A stretch of DNA of 64,000 nucleotides from Pseudomonadota bacterium (GTDB taxonomy: Bacteria; Desulfobacterota; Desulfobacteria; Desulfobacterales; RPRI01): NCBI GenBank assembly GCA_043825875.1, contig JBDRRF010000057.1:1-64000 (forward strand), given 5' to 3'. The position numbers and the translations under genes are program-made. The notes beneath the pieces are model-generated. The model searched no databases. It was not told the origin of the DNA and saw only the letters and a list, made by a program, of their open reading frames with translations. How positions within the stretch are numbered: the first letter of the stretch is position 1; every line of letters starts with the position of its first letter. Positions 19,344 to 30,835 of the stretch are shown in pieces.

Positions 19344-20096
19344 TTATGCCTCCTTAAAATATCGCATGTAGATTTCTTCCAGCGAATATGTTTGGTTGTC
19401 CACACCCAACTTTTCTTTTGCCAACTCTGCCATTGGGCCCTGGGCAACCATCTTCCCTTTAATCATGATACCAACCCGGTGACATATTTTTTGTACCTGA
19501 TCCAGCATATGACTGGATAGTAAAACAGTCATGTTTCTTTCGCTGCACAAAGTTTGAATCAGTTCTATCAGACGATTTGCGCCATCCGGATCAAGACCTA
19601 AAGTTGGTTCATCAAGAAAAACAATTCTGGAATCCTTTAACAGCAGTTCAGCAATACCAAGTCGCTGCCGCATACCTCTGGAATAAGCAGAAATCTTTTT
19701 TGATGCCTCTGTACCGAGTCCAACGGTCTCCAAAGAGCTGTCAATACGGGCATCCGCATCATTTCCGCAAAGGCCGTTTAATTCAGCTATAAAAAGAAGC
19801 ATTTGCCTTGCATTTAAATCCGAATAAAACCCCATGTTTTCCTGAAGGTATGCAATTTTTGATTTAATTTTAACAGCATCTCTTGCGGGACTCATGCCCA
19901 TAACTTCAGCCGTGCCGCTGGTCGGTTCCGTCAGCCCGAGCAACATAAGAAGTGTAGTAGTTTTTCCGGCGCCGTTTGGCCCCAGAAAACCAAAAATTTC
20001 ACCTTCATTGATTGATAACGTCAAATTATCTACCGCTGTATGACCATTGTATCTTTTCGTCAACTCACGGGTCACAATTATAGGCGATGTCTCCAT
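19344..20096 (-). CDS. ABC transporter ATP-binding protein
   Basis: GPNGAGKT, YSRGMRQR, LDEPT; start METSP assumed. Confidence 0.93.
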   Translation of the reverse strand: METSPIIVTRELTKRYNGHTAVDNLTLSINEGEIFGFLGPNGAGKTTTLLMLLGLTEPTSGTAEVMGMSPARDAVKIKSKIAYLQENMGFYSDLNARQMLLFIAELNGLCGNDADARIDSSLETVGLGTEASKKISAYSRGMRQRLGIAELLLKDSRIVFLDEPTLGLDPDGANRLIELIQTLCSERNMTVLLSSHMLDQVQKICHRVGIMIKGKMVAQGPMAELAKEKLGVDNQTYSLEEIYMRYFKEA

Positions 20097-20097
20097 A

Positions 20098-21330
20098 TCA
20101 GCGTCTCCCAAAACGGCGGAACAAAACAAAAAGTCCGGCTATTACCAATACAATAATACCTATTCCGATCCAGCCCCAGGCAGCCGAAGCTTTTACGGTT
20201 GTGCGCAATTCTATATTTTTAGTAACTTTTTCTCCAACCACATCAACACCTACGGAATAATCCCCCACCAGGGCATCTTCATAGGGAGTGATGCTCATTT
20301 CTACCTGTTTCATATCACCCGGTTCAATTACATCTATTATTTCCGGTTTAAACTCTACCTTCCAGTTTTCCGGTTTAAAAGTCATAAATTTGATATTTCC
20401 GTTTTCTGCAGATCCTGTGTTTTTGATATAAAAAGAAATGTTCGACGGCTTTCCCTGTTTTGCATCAAGCGACAACAATCCGCCTGCGGTTCTGACATCC
20501 AAACTGTATGTACCGGTTAAGATTACAGTTAGAGGAGTCTCAAGTTTGGCCTTTGGAGTGTTTATTATAACATTAATCGGGTATCTGCCGGCCTTTGCAT
20601 TTGAAGAAGGTCTTACTTCCACATTTAAAGTTCTTCTTTCATTAACTTTTATCCGCAGACTCGATATATATTTATCTTCATAAGACGGCTTAAAATTAGT
20701 AATCCAGCCATCCGGCCCCTGTGCAGATAATTCAAGAGGCGTATCATCTATAAGAGTACTGTCTATGTCTATAGTAAACTTAAAAGTGGAATCCGATGTA
20801 CCCTGGATTTCGGGATATGATGAAGTTAGTTTTATGCCTCTGGATTTATCCAGTTCAGATTTTTCCTTCAATACTTCAATTTCAATTACTTTAGAAAGCT
20901 TAAATTTACCATCAGGGGTTTGAGCTTTTATGGGAAATTGATATTTACCGGGTTTTATGTCCCTGTCTGCTTCGGCTTCAAATATAACAGACTTATCCTT
21001 GCCGGAAGGTATATAAACACCTGTAACGTAAAAGTTAAAAGTTGTTAAAGTGGCTTTCCATTCCTTATATTTATTTATTAATTTAACATCCAGGTTTTCA
21101 TCGGTTTTTCCAAAATTTCGGAAAAAAACATTTATATTAATTTTTTGACCGATTCTTTCACCTCTTGTCACCTGTATGCTGGGATATTCAACTGCCATAG
21201 CAACTAACCTGTCCGGCCTTTGTTCCGAACCCTTATATTCTTTGCCGAACGCCGCATCCGGTATATGAAAAGTTATCAAGGTGGAAACCATTAGAAAAAT
21301 ACCGATAAGAAATGCCCTCTTAAAAACCAT
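20098..21330 (-). CDS. Exported multi-Ig-like (NEW3-type) protein with C-terminal TM, ABC module partner
   Basis: Three repeated beta domains (P..W..., G.Y.....A); signal peptide; C-terminal TM ending FGRR; SD before ATG at 21330. Confidence 0.75.
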   Translation of the reverse strand: MVFKRAFLIGIFLMVSTLITFHIPDAAFGKEYKGSEQRPDRLVAMAVEYPSIQVTRGERIGQKININVFFRNFGKTDENLDVKLINKYKEWKATLTTFNFYVTGVYIPSGKDKSVIFEAEADRDIKPGKYQFPIKAQTPDGKFKLSKVIEIEVLKEKSELDKSRGIKLTSSYPEIQGTSDSTFKFTIDIDSTLIDDTPLELSAQGPDGWITNFKPSYEDKYISSLRIKVNERRTLNVEVRPSSNAKAGRYPINVIINTPKAKLETPLTVILTGTYSLDVRTAGGLLSLDAKQGKPSNISFYIKNTGSAENGNIKFMTFKPENWKVEFKPEIIDVIEPGDMKQVEMSITPYEDALVGDYSVGVDVVGEKVTKNIELRTTVKASAAWGWIGIGIIVLVIAGLFVLFRRFGRR

Positions 21331-21563
21331 AATAATTATTCCTCCCTTTAATTTGCTTATTCTTAAAACCATACCTTATTTATGAAAACATTTGATTCGT
21401 TCAGGCAAATAAAATATTTGATTTTCATGTTTTGACAGATAGTTAGGATAAATTATTTCATTTGTTTTCGTCAAGCTCTATTTCTTTTATCTGATAAATT
21501 ACTTTTTAACCACATGAAAACACAAGAAAATTTATTAAATTATTTTCACTTTGAAAATATTTG

Positions 21564-21619
21564 TTGACATTTCCTATAAAATAAGTAGGAATATAACCCA
21601 CAATATTGATGGGGTATAT
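21564..21619 (+). promoter_or_regulatory. hmc promoter region with two tandem CCYA-N9-TRGG palindromes
   Basis: TTGACA at 21564; TTCCTA-N9-TAGGAA and ATATAACCCA-N9-TGGGGTATAT. Confidence 0.5.
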
Positions 21620-21667
21620 TTTAATTATAATTGTGGCATAATCTGTTAATAATTCAGAGGAAATAAA

Positions 21668-23284
21668 ATGGCACATAGATTACCGTTAGAATCTAAAAAG
21701 GTCATAATACCTGTAATTATTCTGTTGATAATCTTTTGTACGATAGCTGGAAGTGACAGCTTTGTAAAATCTGACAAAGCAAGACCCGACATAATCCCGA
21801 TTGACCTTCCTGCAATCAATGGCGGCGAACAAATGCCTGCCGTACAGTTTCTCCATGATAAACACATGGAAAACATTGATAATAAAAATGATTGCAGCAC
21901 ATGCCATCTTAAAGAAAATAATAAGTTTGTATTTAAATTCGGGCGTATAAAAGACAACTCCGTTAAAGATGATATGGAGCTATACCATGAAAAGTGTATT
22001 TCCTGCCATTTAGAAAAAAACCAGGCAAATCTTAAATCAGGACCGCTTGCCGGAGATTGCCGTTCTTGCCACAACCTGAAATCAGACATAAAAAATTCAT
22101 GGAAGCAAATCAATTTCGATAAATCGCTTCATTTCAGGCATGAATCATCTGCCGATATAAAGCCGGTAAATAGCAAAGACGAAGTTAACTGTAGTGCCTG
22201 CCATCATAAATTCGATAAAAATACGAAAAAAACAGTCTATGTAAAGGGTGAAGAAGAAAGCTGCTTTTACTGCCACAAGGCAGAAACAACCGAAGAAGCA
22301 TCTTCGATTCAAACTGCTTCACATAATGCATGTATTAATTGCCACCAACAGTTAAAAGAACAGGCAAAGACTGCCGGGCCTGTCGAATGCAAATCCTGCC
22401 ATGACAGTGCTGAGCAAAAGAAAATAAAAACCGTTAAATCAATTTCGCGAATGAAAAGAAATCAGCCGGATTCGGCTCTTCTGGCAAACTGGTCAAAACA
22501 GTCTGACATAAGTAAAAAAGAAATAGAACAACAAATGAATCCGGTTGCATTCGATCACAAAGCACATGAACAAAAGAGTGAAACCTGCAGATCATGCCAC
22601 CATGAAAGCTTAAAACCATGCGGTGAATGCCATAAAGAGATCGGCAATAGTGACGGTGGGTTTGTTGGACTTGAACAGGCTATGCACAACAAAAAATCCG
22701 AAAAAAGTTGCATAGGCTGTCATAAGTCGGCTCAGCTTGCAAAAGAATGTGCCGGTTGCCATGCAGCAATGCCGGAAAAATCATTTACGGATGGAAATTG
22801 CATGATCTGCCACAGCATTGAAAAAACAAAATTAGATACTTTATCTATTGGCAAGGAAAAACGAGCAAAAATTGCACGCATGGAATTAAAAACAAGAGTA
22901 AGTTCTCAAAAAATTATACCGGATGAAAAAATTCCTGAAAAAGTTAAAATTGGCGTACTTTCGGAAAAATATGAAGAGGCGGTTTTTCCACATCGCAAAG
23001 TTCTTAAAACTTTAGAGTCCAATATAAAAGATAATAAAATCGCAGCATATTTTCATAACGAAAAAACAACATTGTGTGCTTCCTGCCATCACAACAGCCC
23101 TGCTTCACTTAAACCGCCCAAGTGCGCATCTTGCCACGGCAAAACCTTAAACAGCAGTGAAGATGGGCGACCGGCTCTTAAAGGAGCATATCACGGGCAG
23201 TGTATCGACTGTCATAAGGCTATGGGAATAAATGATCCGGCAGCTACGGATTGCATAAAATGTCATAAAGAAAAAAAAAGGTAA
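21668..23284 (+). CDS. hmcA: High-molecular-mass 16-heme cytochrome c
   Basis: 16 CxxCH motifs counted; N-terminal signal/anchor; first gene of the operon. Confidence 0.93.
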   Translation: MAHRLPLESKKVIIPVIILLIIFCTIAGSDSFVKSDKARPDIIPIDLPAINGGEQMPAVQFLHDKHMENIDNKNDCSTCHLKENNKFVFKFGRIKDNSVKDDMELYHEKCISCHLEKNQANLKSGPLAGDCRSCHNLKSDIKNSWKQINFDKSLHFRHESSADIKPVNSKDEVNCSACHHKFDKNTKKTVYVKGEEESCFYCHKAETTEEASSIQTASHNACINCHQQLKEQAKTAGPVECKSCHDSAEQKKIKTVKSISRMKRNQPDSALLANWSKQSDISKKEIEQQMNPVAFDHKAHEQKSETCRSCHHESLKPCGECHKEIGNSDGGFVGLEQAMHNKKSEKSCIGCHKSAQLAKECAGCHAAMPEKSFTDGNCMICHSIEKTKLDTLSIGKEKRAKIARMELKTRVSSQKIIPDEKIPEKVKIGVLSEKYEEAVFPHRKVLKTLESNIKDNKIAAYFHNEKTTLCASCHHNSPASLKPPKCASCHGKTLNSSEDGRPALKGAYHGQCIDCHKAMGINDPAATDCIKCHKEKKR

Positions 23285-23319
23285 TCAATATTGTATATAA
23301 CACAGATAGAGGTGTGACA

Positions 23320-24438
23320 ATGGGTATATCCCGAAGACAATTCCTTGGCTGGTTCACAGCAGCAAGCACAACGGCCGCTGTTTTAGGGAAAAAATCCGAG
23401 GCGGCATCAAACAAAATGTTTGAAGGTTACCCTGGAAGTTTTGGCGTTCTCCACGATACAACGCGTTGTATAGGCTGCAGAAAATGTGAAGAAGCATGCA
23501 ATAAGGTCAATGAACTGCCGAAGCCTGAAAAATCTTTTGATGACTTAAGCGTTTTGGATACAAAACGCCGCACAAGTAAAGATGCATACACCATTGTTAA
23601 CCGCTTTGGAAATGACAGTGGTCAAAACCCGGTATTTGTTAAGAAGCAATGCAATCATTGCCTGGAACCTGCCTGCGCTTCCGCTTGTTTTGTAAAAGCG
23701 CTAAGAAAGGTTAAAACAGGTGCTGTAGTCTATGATGCATCTCTTTGCGTAGGATGCCGGTATTGCATGGTAGCATGTCCTTTCAACATACCTGCGTATG
23801 AATATAATGAACCTCTTACTCCGCGGGTTATGAAATGTACTATGTGCCATCCCAGGATTGAAAAAGGTTTGCTTCCCGGCTGTGTTGAATCATGCCCCAA
23901 AGAAGCCTTAACTTTCGGCCCCAGAGATAAACTTCTCAAAACAGCGCAGGACAGAATAGATAAATATCCCCAAAAATATATTGACCATATTTACGGAAAA
24001 AATGAAATGGGCGGAACCGGCTGGATTTATCTATCCGGCAAGCCGTTTAAAGATATAGGAATGAGAGAAGACTTAGGTATCCAGCCGGCGCATAATTTCA
24101 CGGCAGGACCTTTGGGTTCCGTACCGATTGTTGTGGCTTTGTGGCCTGTTTTGCTAACAGGAATTTATGCCATCTCCAGACGCAAGGATAAGATATCGGA
24201 AGAAGAACAAAATGATGCAGTTGCAAAAACCAAAGCTGTAGCCGACGAAGATTTAAAGGCTAAGCTGGCGGCCTTAAAAGATACTATGTCAAAAGAAAAA
24301 GAAGCGGCAATTAACCTGGAAATAAAAAAAGCAATTGAAGAGTATTCAAAAAATGCTGAGGCTGAAAAAAAGACCGAATCCGAACAAGTCGAATCCCGAA
24401 AGGATGAATCTGCAGATATACCCAAGGAGGAAAAATAG
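23320..24438 (+). CDS. hmcB: Hmc complex Fe-S subunit (Tat substrate)
   Basis: SRRQFL; four ferredoxin-type Cys groups; C-terminal TM. Confidence 0.9.
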   Translation: MGISRRQFLGWFTAASTTAAVLGKKSEAASNKMFEGYPGSFGVLHDTTRCIGCRKCEEACNKVNELPKPEKSFDDLSVLDTKRRTSKDAYTIVNRFGNDSGQNPVFVKKQCNHCLEPACASACFVKALRKVKTGAVVYDASLCVGCRYCMVACPFNIPAYEYNEPLTPRVMKCTMCHPRIEKGLLPGCVESCPKEALTFGPRDKLLKTAQDRIDKYPQKYIDHIYGKNEMGGTGWIYLSGKPFKDIGMREDLGIQPAHNFTAGPLGSVPIVVALWPVLLTGIYAISRRKDKISEEEQNDAVAKTKAVADEDLKAKLAALKDTMSKEKEAAINLEIKKAIEEYSKNAEAEKKTESEQVESRKDESADIPKEEK

Positions 24439-25611
24439 ATGTCACAAGAAACGGCTGGTGCCGACAAATCCATTTTTACGCCTTTTAACATAATTGCCGG
24501 TATTATTATTATTGTGGGTTTAATAGTTACGGTTCTGCGTTTCACAAAAGGCCTTGGAGCTGTCACAAATCTTGATAACAATAACCCATGGGGAATCTGG
24601 ATAGGTTTTGACCTGCTTTGTGGTGTGGCTCTTGCGGCTGGCGGTTATGTAACTTCAGCTTCTTGTTATATCTTCGGTTTAAAAAGATATCACTCTGCTG
24701 TAAGGCCTGCTATTCTTACCGCTTTTCTCGGGTATGCATTGGTTGTTTTGGCCTTGCATTATGATGTAGGCCGTCCATGGCGTTTGCCTTATCCGTTGTT
24801 TATCTCCCAGGGAACTACTTCTCTTTTATTTGAAGTAGCCTTATGCGTATTTCTTTATCTTTCGGTACTATTTATCGAATACAGTCCGGCTGCCCTTGAA
24901 TGGCTTGGCTTGAAAAAAATAAGAAAGATTGTAGTACGGTTAACACTTGTTTTGACCATCTTCGGCGTTATTCTTTCAACACTGCACCAATCATCATTAG
25001 GGGCGCTCTTCATGATTGCACCATCCAAGCTTCATCCGCTGTGGTACTCAAACTATCTGCCGGTTTACTTTTTTGTCTCAAGCATTTTCGCAGGTTTATC
25101 CATGGTAATATTTGAGGGCTCACTTGCGCATCGGCATTTTCATCACAAGATGGATGAAACCCATCTTAAGGAAAGTAAAGATGTTACTCTCGGATTCGGC
25201 AAGGCAGCATCTTTTGTTATGATGGGATATGTTGCGGTTAAATTAATCGGTATATCAATTGATAACAACTGGCATTATCTTACTACAGGCTGGGGAGCAT
25301 GGTATTTATTTGAACTGTTAGGTTTTGTAGCCCTTCCGGCTTTTATCTATGCCATAGCAGTCAGGGAAAAAAACCTGTATCTCATACGATGGGCATCATT
25401 AATTTCTGTTTTGGGAATTGTGTTGAACCGGCTGAATATATCTCTTGTAGCATTCAACTGGCAACTTCCTTCCGCCGAAAGATACTTTCCAAGTTGGTCT
25501 GAAATAACAATCTCGGTGTTTGTTGTAACCGTAGGTATTGTTGTCTACAGATTTATTGTAACACGGATGCCTATTTTTTATGAGCACCCGGATTATCAAA
25601 ACGATCACTAA
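24439..25611 (+). CDS. hmcC: Hmc complex NrfD/HybB-like membrane subunit
   Basis: PWGIWIGFD, DVGRPWRL, LHQSSLG. Confidence 0.9.
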   Translation: MSQETAGADKSIFTPFNIIAGIIIIVGLIVTVLRFTKGLGAVTNLDNNNPWGIWIGFDLLCGVALAAGGYVTSASCYIFGLKRYHSAVRPAILTAFLGYALVVLALHYDVGRPWRLPYPLFISQGTTSLLFEVALCVFLYLSVLFIEYSPAALEWLGLKKIRKIVVRLTLVLTIFGVILSTLHQSSLGALFMIAPSKLHPLWYSNYLPVYFFVSSIFAGLSMVIFEGSLAHRHFHHKMDETHLKESKDVTLGFGKAASFVMMGYVAVKLIGISIDNNWHYLTTGWGAWYLFELLGFVALPAFIYAIAVREKNLYLIRWASLISVLGIVLNRLNISLVAFNWQLPSAERYFPSWSEITISVFVVTVGIVVYRFIVTRMPIFYEHPDYQNDH

Positions 25612-25630
25612 CTTTATAGGAATTATTGAG

Positions 25631-25774
25631 ATGCATACAATATTTCATACACTTCACGATTTTTTGCTTCATTCAAAAAGCATCACATATATTCTGGTAG
25701 GAGGAATTCTGATCGGTTTGATGCTGTTCTGGTTTTTTCTTACCGGCAGAGATGAAAAAAAACGCACTTTTTAA
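25631..25774 (+). CDS. hmcD: Hmc small membrane subunit (47 aa)
   Basis: MHTIFHTLHDFLLHSKSITY plus one TM, between hmcC and hmcE. Confidence 0.8.
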   Translation: MHTIFHTLHDFLLHSKSITYILVGGILIGLMLFWFFLTGRDEKKRTF

Positions 25775-25799
25775 GGGTATCATGGCGGCATAATAAAAT

Positions 25800-25848
25800 G
25801 TCGCCCTACCGAATATGATTGTAGGGCGGGGTTTTATACCCCGCCGAT
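25800..25848. repeat. REP-like (GTAG-type) palindromic element
   Basis: CGCCCTAC...GTAGGGCG overlapping GGCGGGGT-TTTAT-ACCCCGCC. Confidence 0.55.
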
Positions 25849-25865
25849 AGATAACGGAGGTACAT

Positions 25866-26543
25866 ATGTACGAATTTCTAACCGGGCCCATGTTCTGGTT
25901 ATCCTTATGTATTTGCTTGATCGGCATGATTGTAAGGTTTGTACTCTATTTTAAAGGATTAAGCTGGCAGCTTGAGCGCGTAGCATATAAGGCATATCCG
26001 GTTCAGGGCTTTAAAGGAGCGCTAAAATCCATCTTCAAATGGCTGATACCATTCGGAACACACGGCTGGCGTAAACAACCTTTTATGACTGTGATATTTT
26101 TCGGATTTCATATAGGAGCCGTTCTCATCCCTTTGTTTCTTTTGGCACATAACGTATTTTTAAAAGAAAAAATCGGAATATCTTTTATCACTTTAAATCC
26201 TGCGATTGCCGATATCTTATCCTGGTCTGTCATAGTATGTGCTTTTCTTCTTATCTTGAGAAGAATTTCTTTACCGGAAGTAAGAATTTTAACAACAGCA
26301 TATGATTATTTTATTTTACTTTTATCCATAGCCCCATTTGCTACCGGTCTTATAGCAAGGTATCAAATCGGAGATTATTCTTTCTGGCTGACAACACATA
26401 TTTTATGCGGAGAAGCACTATTAATTGCCATTCCTTTTACAAAGCTTTCACATATAGTTCTTTTCTTTGCGTCAAGAGCTCAACTGGGAATGGATTATGC
26501 GATAAAACGTGGCGGAATGCAGGGAAAAGGCATGGCCTGGTAG
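25866..26543 (+). CDS. hmcE: Hmc NarI-like cytochrome b membrane subunit
   Basis: TM helices, FH..LAH, IPFTKLSH; operon position. Confidence 0.88.
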   Translation: MYEFLTGPMFWLSLCICLIGMIVRFVLYFKGLSWQLERVAYKAYPVQGFKGALKSIFKWLIPFGTHGWRKQPFMTVIFFGFHIGAVLIPLFLLAHNVFLKEKIGISFITLNPAIADILSWSVIVCAFLLILRRISLPEVRILTTAYDYFILLLSIAPFATGLIARYQIGDYSFWLTTHILCGEALLIAIPFTKLSHIVLFFASRAQLGMDYAIKRGGMQGKGMAW

Positions 26544-26587
26544 AAAAAATGAGGCATTGAAACTTAACAATTAAGGAGAAATAGCAA

Positions 26588-27976
26588 ATGCCTGAAGGAA
26601 AATTATGCAACAAAAAGCCCATTGAAACCGAAGAAGATCTCAAGACGCTTCTTAACGACACCAGTGGGAAACAATATTATGAAGAAATGAAATCGCTTGA
26701 TGTGGATAGCGACCTTCTCTGGAAAACAATCGGCAATACTCTTAAATCCAGAACAAAGACCTGGCTTGAGATTTGTGCCCATTGCGGCATGTGTGCCGAC
26801 AGCTGTTTTCTTTACCTTGTTAATGATCGTGACCCCAAGCAGGTTCCCGCCTATAAAATACAATCCACTTTAGGTGAAATCGTTAAACGCAAAGGCAAGG
26901 TAGATAATGAATTCATGCATATGGTTATGGAAACCGCCTGGGCGAAATGTACTTGTTGTAATCGTTGCGGCATGTATTGCCCACATGGAATCGATATGGG
27001 GATTATGTTCAGCTACCTTAGAGGTTTGTGTTACCAGCAGGGTTTTGTCCCCTGGGAGTTGAAAATCGGCGCTGGCATGCATCGCGTTTACCGCGCACAA
27101 ATGGATGTCACAGACGAAGATTTTGTTGAAACATTCAAGTGGATGGTAGAAGAATACGAGGAAGACTATCCCGGACTTGAGGTCCCTATTGATAAAGAAG
27201 GTGCCGATATTTTGTATACGGTTAATGCAAGAGAAGTTAAACACTACCCTGAGGATCTTGCGGAGGCTGCGGTTCTTTTTCATTTAGCAGGAGAAAACTG
27301 GACTGTTACTTCAAAAGGATGGGAACAAACCAGTCTGGCCATGTTTGCCGGAGACTGGGCCGCTTGTAAGATGCAGGTTGAAAGCGTTTACGATGCTATG
27401 GAAAGACTAAAGCCCAAAAGGATGATAGGAACTGAATGTGGCCATGCTCACAGGGCTACCGTAATAGAAGGGCCTTACTGGGCAGGAAGAAGCAATGGGA
27501 AACCGCCCGTTGAATCAATTCATTATGTGGAGTGGCTGGCTGAAGCACTGAGGAAAGGCAGGCTTAAAATTGATCCGGCAAAACGCATCAAGAAAAAAGT
27601 CACCCTTCAGGATTCGTGCAATTATATACGCAACCACGGTTTAAAAGAAATAACGCGTGAGATTATTAGTTATATAGTCGAACCCGGATATTTTATAGAT
27701 ATGTCGCCGAACATGGAACACAATTATTGCTGCGGTGGCGGTGGCGGTTTTAACGGAATTGGTTTATTCAGACCTCAAAGAAATAAAGCTCTGATTACCA
27801 AAAGAGACCAGATAATAAACACCGGTGCCGAATTGGTAATAGCGCCGTGTCACAATTGCTGGGATGCAATCAGGGATCTTGAAGAAGAATATAAGATCGG
27901 CATCAAATGGTCTTTTTTAAAACCATTGGTTATCAGTATGGTCGAAATTCCTGAACATCTTAAACCAGAAGAATAA
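26588..27976 (+). CDS. hmcF: Hmc HdrD/DsrK-like Fe-S subunit
   Basis: [26 protein letters not shown] domain ([13 protein letters not shown]). Confidence 0.9.
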   Translation: MPEGKLCNKKPIETEEDLKTLLNDTSGKQYYEEMKSLDVDSDLLWKTIGNTLKSRTKTWLEICAHCGMCADSCFLYLVNDRDPKQVPAYKIQSTLGEIVKRKGKVDNEFMHMVMETAWAKCTCCNRCGMYCPHGIDMGIMFSYLRGLCYQQGFVPWELKIGAGMHRVYRAQMDVTDEDFVETFKWMVEEYEEDYPGLEVPIDKEGADILYTVNAREVKHYPEDLAEAAVLFHLAGENWTVTSKGWEQTSLAMFAGDWAACKMQVESVYDAMERLKPKRMIGTECGHAHRATVIEGPYWAGRSNGKPPVESIHYVEWLAEALRKGRLKIDPAKRIKKKVTLQDSCNYIRNHGLKEITREIISYIVEPGYFIDMSPNMEHNYCCGGGGGFNGIGLFRPQRNKALITKRDQIINTGAELVIAPCHNCWDAIRDLEEEYKIGIKWSFLKPLVISMVEIPEHLKPEE

Positions 27977-28015
27977 TATAGTACATCCCAAAATCCTATG
28001 ATGATGAGGTGAATC

Positions 28016-28915
28016 ATGTTTAAAAAGATTTTGTTTGCCACATCCGCAACTGAAGCGAGTGATCATGCTGCAAGAGTGGCCTTTAATATGGCACAAACAT
28101 ATGATGCAAACATTTGTATTTTCCATGTTCTGGGAGTTCCAACCCGCGGTTTCAGCCAAATAGTAATGGATGTTAAAACCAAAGAAAAGGTTGAAATCGA
28201 TGATGAATACATTGCCTGGGTCAAAGAAGAAATCAAAATTTATTATTCCAAACAACTCGAAAAGGCGAAATCCTATGATATTAAAGTTGCCATTGGTTTC
28301 CCTCATCGTGAAATTTTAAGAGAAGCCAGATCCTCTTCTCCGGATTTAATTGTTTTAGGGGGCAGCACCGGGAATGAAGACGATTCGGTTTATAAAAAAA
28401 GTATAGTCGGAACCACGCTTCAACGGGTTGCTAAAGTTGCGCCGTGCCCTCTTCTTGTCGTAAACCGGCCTGCTGCATCCTTCTGGGGCGGAATATCTAA
28501 AATTGTTTTCGGTACGGATTTTTCAAAAGCATCAGACTCAGCCTTTAAATTTGCAGTCAAGCTGGCAAAGAATATCGGATGTGAACTTCATATTTTTCAT
28601 GCGCTAGATATCAGTAATATGCACATGGGAAGACTCCTAACTCAAGATGAAATTGAATCACAAATAAGAGAATCTCTAAGACGCATTAGGGGACGCTATG
28701 TTGATGCTATGGAAGGAATAAAGGATTACACTTTTGATGTCTGGGAAGGGTTGCCCTATATTGAAATCGTAAAATATGCGCGTGAAAAGCATGCTGATCT
28801 TATTATCATGGCTCATCATACCCAAAAAACATCAAAGGAAGATGCAAGGCTTGGAAGTAATATCGAACAGGTGATTGTCAGAGCCGGATGTCCGGTCATC
28901 AGCATTAACAGATAA
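28016..28915 (+). CDS. Tandem universal stress protein
   Basis: Two USP domains (KKILFAT, KIVFGTDFS, GS..EQV...AGCPV). Confidence 0.9.
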   Translation: MFKKILFATSATEASDHAARVAFNMAQTYDANICIFHVLGVPTRGFSQIVMDVKTKEKVEIDDEYIAWVKEEIKIYYSKQLEKAKSYDIKVAIGFPHREILREARSSSPDLIVLGGSTGNEDDSVYKKSIVGTTLQRVAKVAPCPLLVVNRPAASFWGGISKIVFGTDFSKASDSAFKFAVKLAKNIGCELHIFHALDISNMHMGRLLTQDEIESQIRESLRRIRGRYVDAMEGIKDYTFDVWEGLPYIEIVKYAREKHADLIIMAHHTQKTSKEDARLGSNIEQVIVRAGCPVISINR

Positions 28916-28942
28916 AACTTTACAGTAAAAAGAGAGGATTTA

Positions 28943-29293
28943 ATGAAAAAAATACTTATTGTTGATGATGACCCCAATATTGTCGAATACCTTACCACAC
29001 TTTTTGAAGACAATGGTTATGCAACTTTTACAGCGCACAGTGTTAAGGAAGCTATGGAAACAGCCAGAAAAGAAATTCCTGATCTTATTACCCTTGATCT
29101 GGAAATGCCGGAAGAGTGGGGCCCCCGTTTTTACAGGAAATTATCGCAGGAAAAAAATCTGAAGAATATACCTGTAATTGTTATCAGTGGTCTGTCTGGC
29201 AGTAGTCACGCAATCGCCAAAGCAGTTGCATGCCTGCAAAAACCATTTGACAGGGATGAGTTGTTAAAAATCGTTAAAGAAAATCTTAAATGA
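28943..29293 (+). CDS. rrf1: Single-domain response regulator (Rrf1-like)
   Basis: ILIVDDD, LITLDLEMP, KPF; downstream of hmc. Confidence 0.75.
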   Translation: MKKILIVDDDPNIVEYLTTLFEDNGYATFTAHSVKEAMETARKEIPDLITLDLEMPEEWGPRFYRKLSQEKNLKNIPVIVISGLSGSSHAIAKAVACLQKPFDRDELLKIVKENLK

Positions 29294-29329
29294 AACAACT
29301 TTTCCGCCAATGTACGTACAAATAACAGT

Positions 29330-30814
29330 ATGGCAAACGAAATACTGATCATAGATAAAGACATCAGTCATGCTAACGCTTTAGGAATATACCTGAAGCG
29401 GAAGAAGATGCATGTTTATACAGCAAACAACAGTGATGATATTTTAAAGCTGTTTGACAGGGTAAACATAAAAATCATACTAGCCGATCCCTCCTGCCCT
29501 GATAATAATTTTGTCAGTATTCTTAAAAAGATAAAAAAAACTCACCCCCATGTTCAAATTATTATTATGGCAACACCGGAAGAATTTGATTCCGCCATGG
29601 CATATCTTAAAAATGAAGCAGTTCACTGCATGTTCAAGCCCGTAAAGAGCATCATGCTTGATATGGCCTTGAAACAGGCAAAGACCTGGGTTTCTGTAAA
29701 CAAAAAGCTTTTAAGTTATGAAAAAAAGCTCAACGCTTTTAAACAGGCGCAAAATCTTTTTCAGCAGCTTTTCGATGAAATACCTTGCTATGTCTCAGTA
29801 CAGGACAAGAATTTCCGCCTCACTGCTACAAATAAAATGTTCAAGCGAGATTTTGGTGATGAAATCGGGTCTCATTGTTATGAAGTATACAAACACAGAG
29901 GAGCACCTTGCGAACAATGCCCCGTTTCGGATACATTCGAAGATGCCTTATCCCACTCTACCGAAGAAGTAGTAACATCCAAATCAGGAAAGCAGTATAA
30001 TGTTATTACATGGACTGCTCCAATAAAGGATTCGCACGGACAAATAACACAGGTTATTGAAATATCGACAAACATCACACAAATCAGGCAATTGCAGGAT
30101 CATTTGATATCACTCGGACTGATGATCGGTTCCATGTCTCACGGCATAAAGGGAATGCTAACTGCCCTGGATGGCGGTATTTATCAGCTTGAAACCGGGC
30201 TGGCAAGCCAGGACATGAAACGAACAAATAGGGCATTTGACCAGATTAAACAGATGGCTGGCAGAATCCGAAAAATGGTTCTCGAAATACTATATTATGC
30301 AAAATCGAGAGAGCTGGTATATAAAAATGTTGAGATTGAAAAAATGGCCAAAAAAGCTGCTGAAGATGGAATGGCCATAGCTATAAAAAATGGTATCCGC
30401 CTTAAATTGAAAATTGCCCCATCATTGGGAACTATTGAGGTTGATCCTAACTGGATACATGCAACTCTCGTTAATCTTCTTGAAAATGCTATCGATGCAT
30501 GTATATATGACCGCAGCAAAAATAAGCATTTTGTTAAATTTGATGTATTTGAAAAATCACCTGACCAACTATGCTTTATAATTAAAGATAATGGTATGGG
30601 TATGGATCAGGAAACCAAAGAAAAAATGTTTACGCTCTTTTTTACTTCAAAGGGTTCTCAGGGAACCGGATTGGGTTTGTTTATAGCAAATCGTGTTATT
30701 TACCAACATGGCGGTACTATCGAAGTCAAATCAGAACCCGGAAAAGGGTCATGCTTTACGATCATATTACCGAGGAAGAAGCCGGAACTATTCCCCATAG
30801 TTTATTTTCCATAA
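29330..30814 (+). CDS. Hybrid histidine kinase (receiver-PAS-HisKA-HATPase)
   Basis: SHGIKG H-box, NLLENAIDA, DNGMG, GTGLGL; Cys-rich PAS. Confidence 0.9.
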   Translation: MANEILIIDKDISHANALGIYLKRKKMHVYTANNSDDILKLFDRVNIKIILADPSCPDNNFVSILKKIKKTHPHVQIIIMATPEEFDSAMAYLKNEAVHCMFKPVKSIMLDMALKQAKTWVSVNKKLLSYEKKLNAFKQAQNLFQQLFDEIPCYVSVQDKNFRLTATNKMFKRDFGDEIGSHCYEVYKHRGAPCEQCPVSDTFEDALSHSTEEVVTSKSGKQYNVITWTAPIKDSHGQITQVIEISTNITQIRQLQDHLISLGLMIGSMSHGIKGMLTALDGGIYQLETGLASQDMKRTNRAFDQIKQMAGRIRKMVLEILYYAKSRELVYKNVEIEKMAKKAAEDGMAIAIKNGIRLKLKIAPSLGTIEVDPNWIHATLVNLLENAIDACIYDRSKNKHFVKFDVFEKSPDQLCFIIKDNGMGMDQETKEKMFTLFFTSKGSQGTGLGLFIANRVIYQHGGTIEVKSEPGKGSCFTIILPRKKPELFPIVYFP

Positions 30815-30835
30815 AAAAAAAGTGATAATTATAAG

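Noticed and set aside
24180..24438. Charged HmcB tail as a novel domain
   Set aside because: Low-complexity helical tail; overall length is normal for HmcB as I recall.
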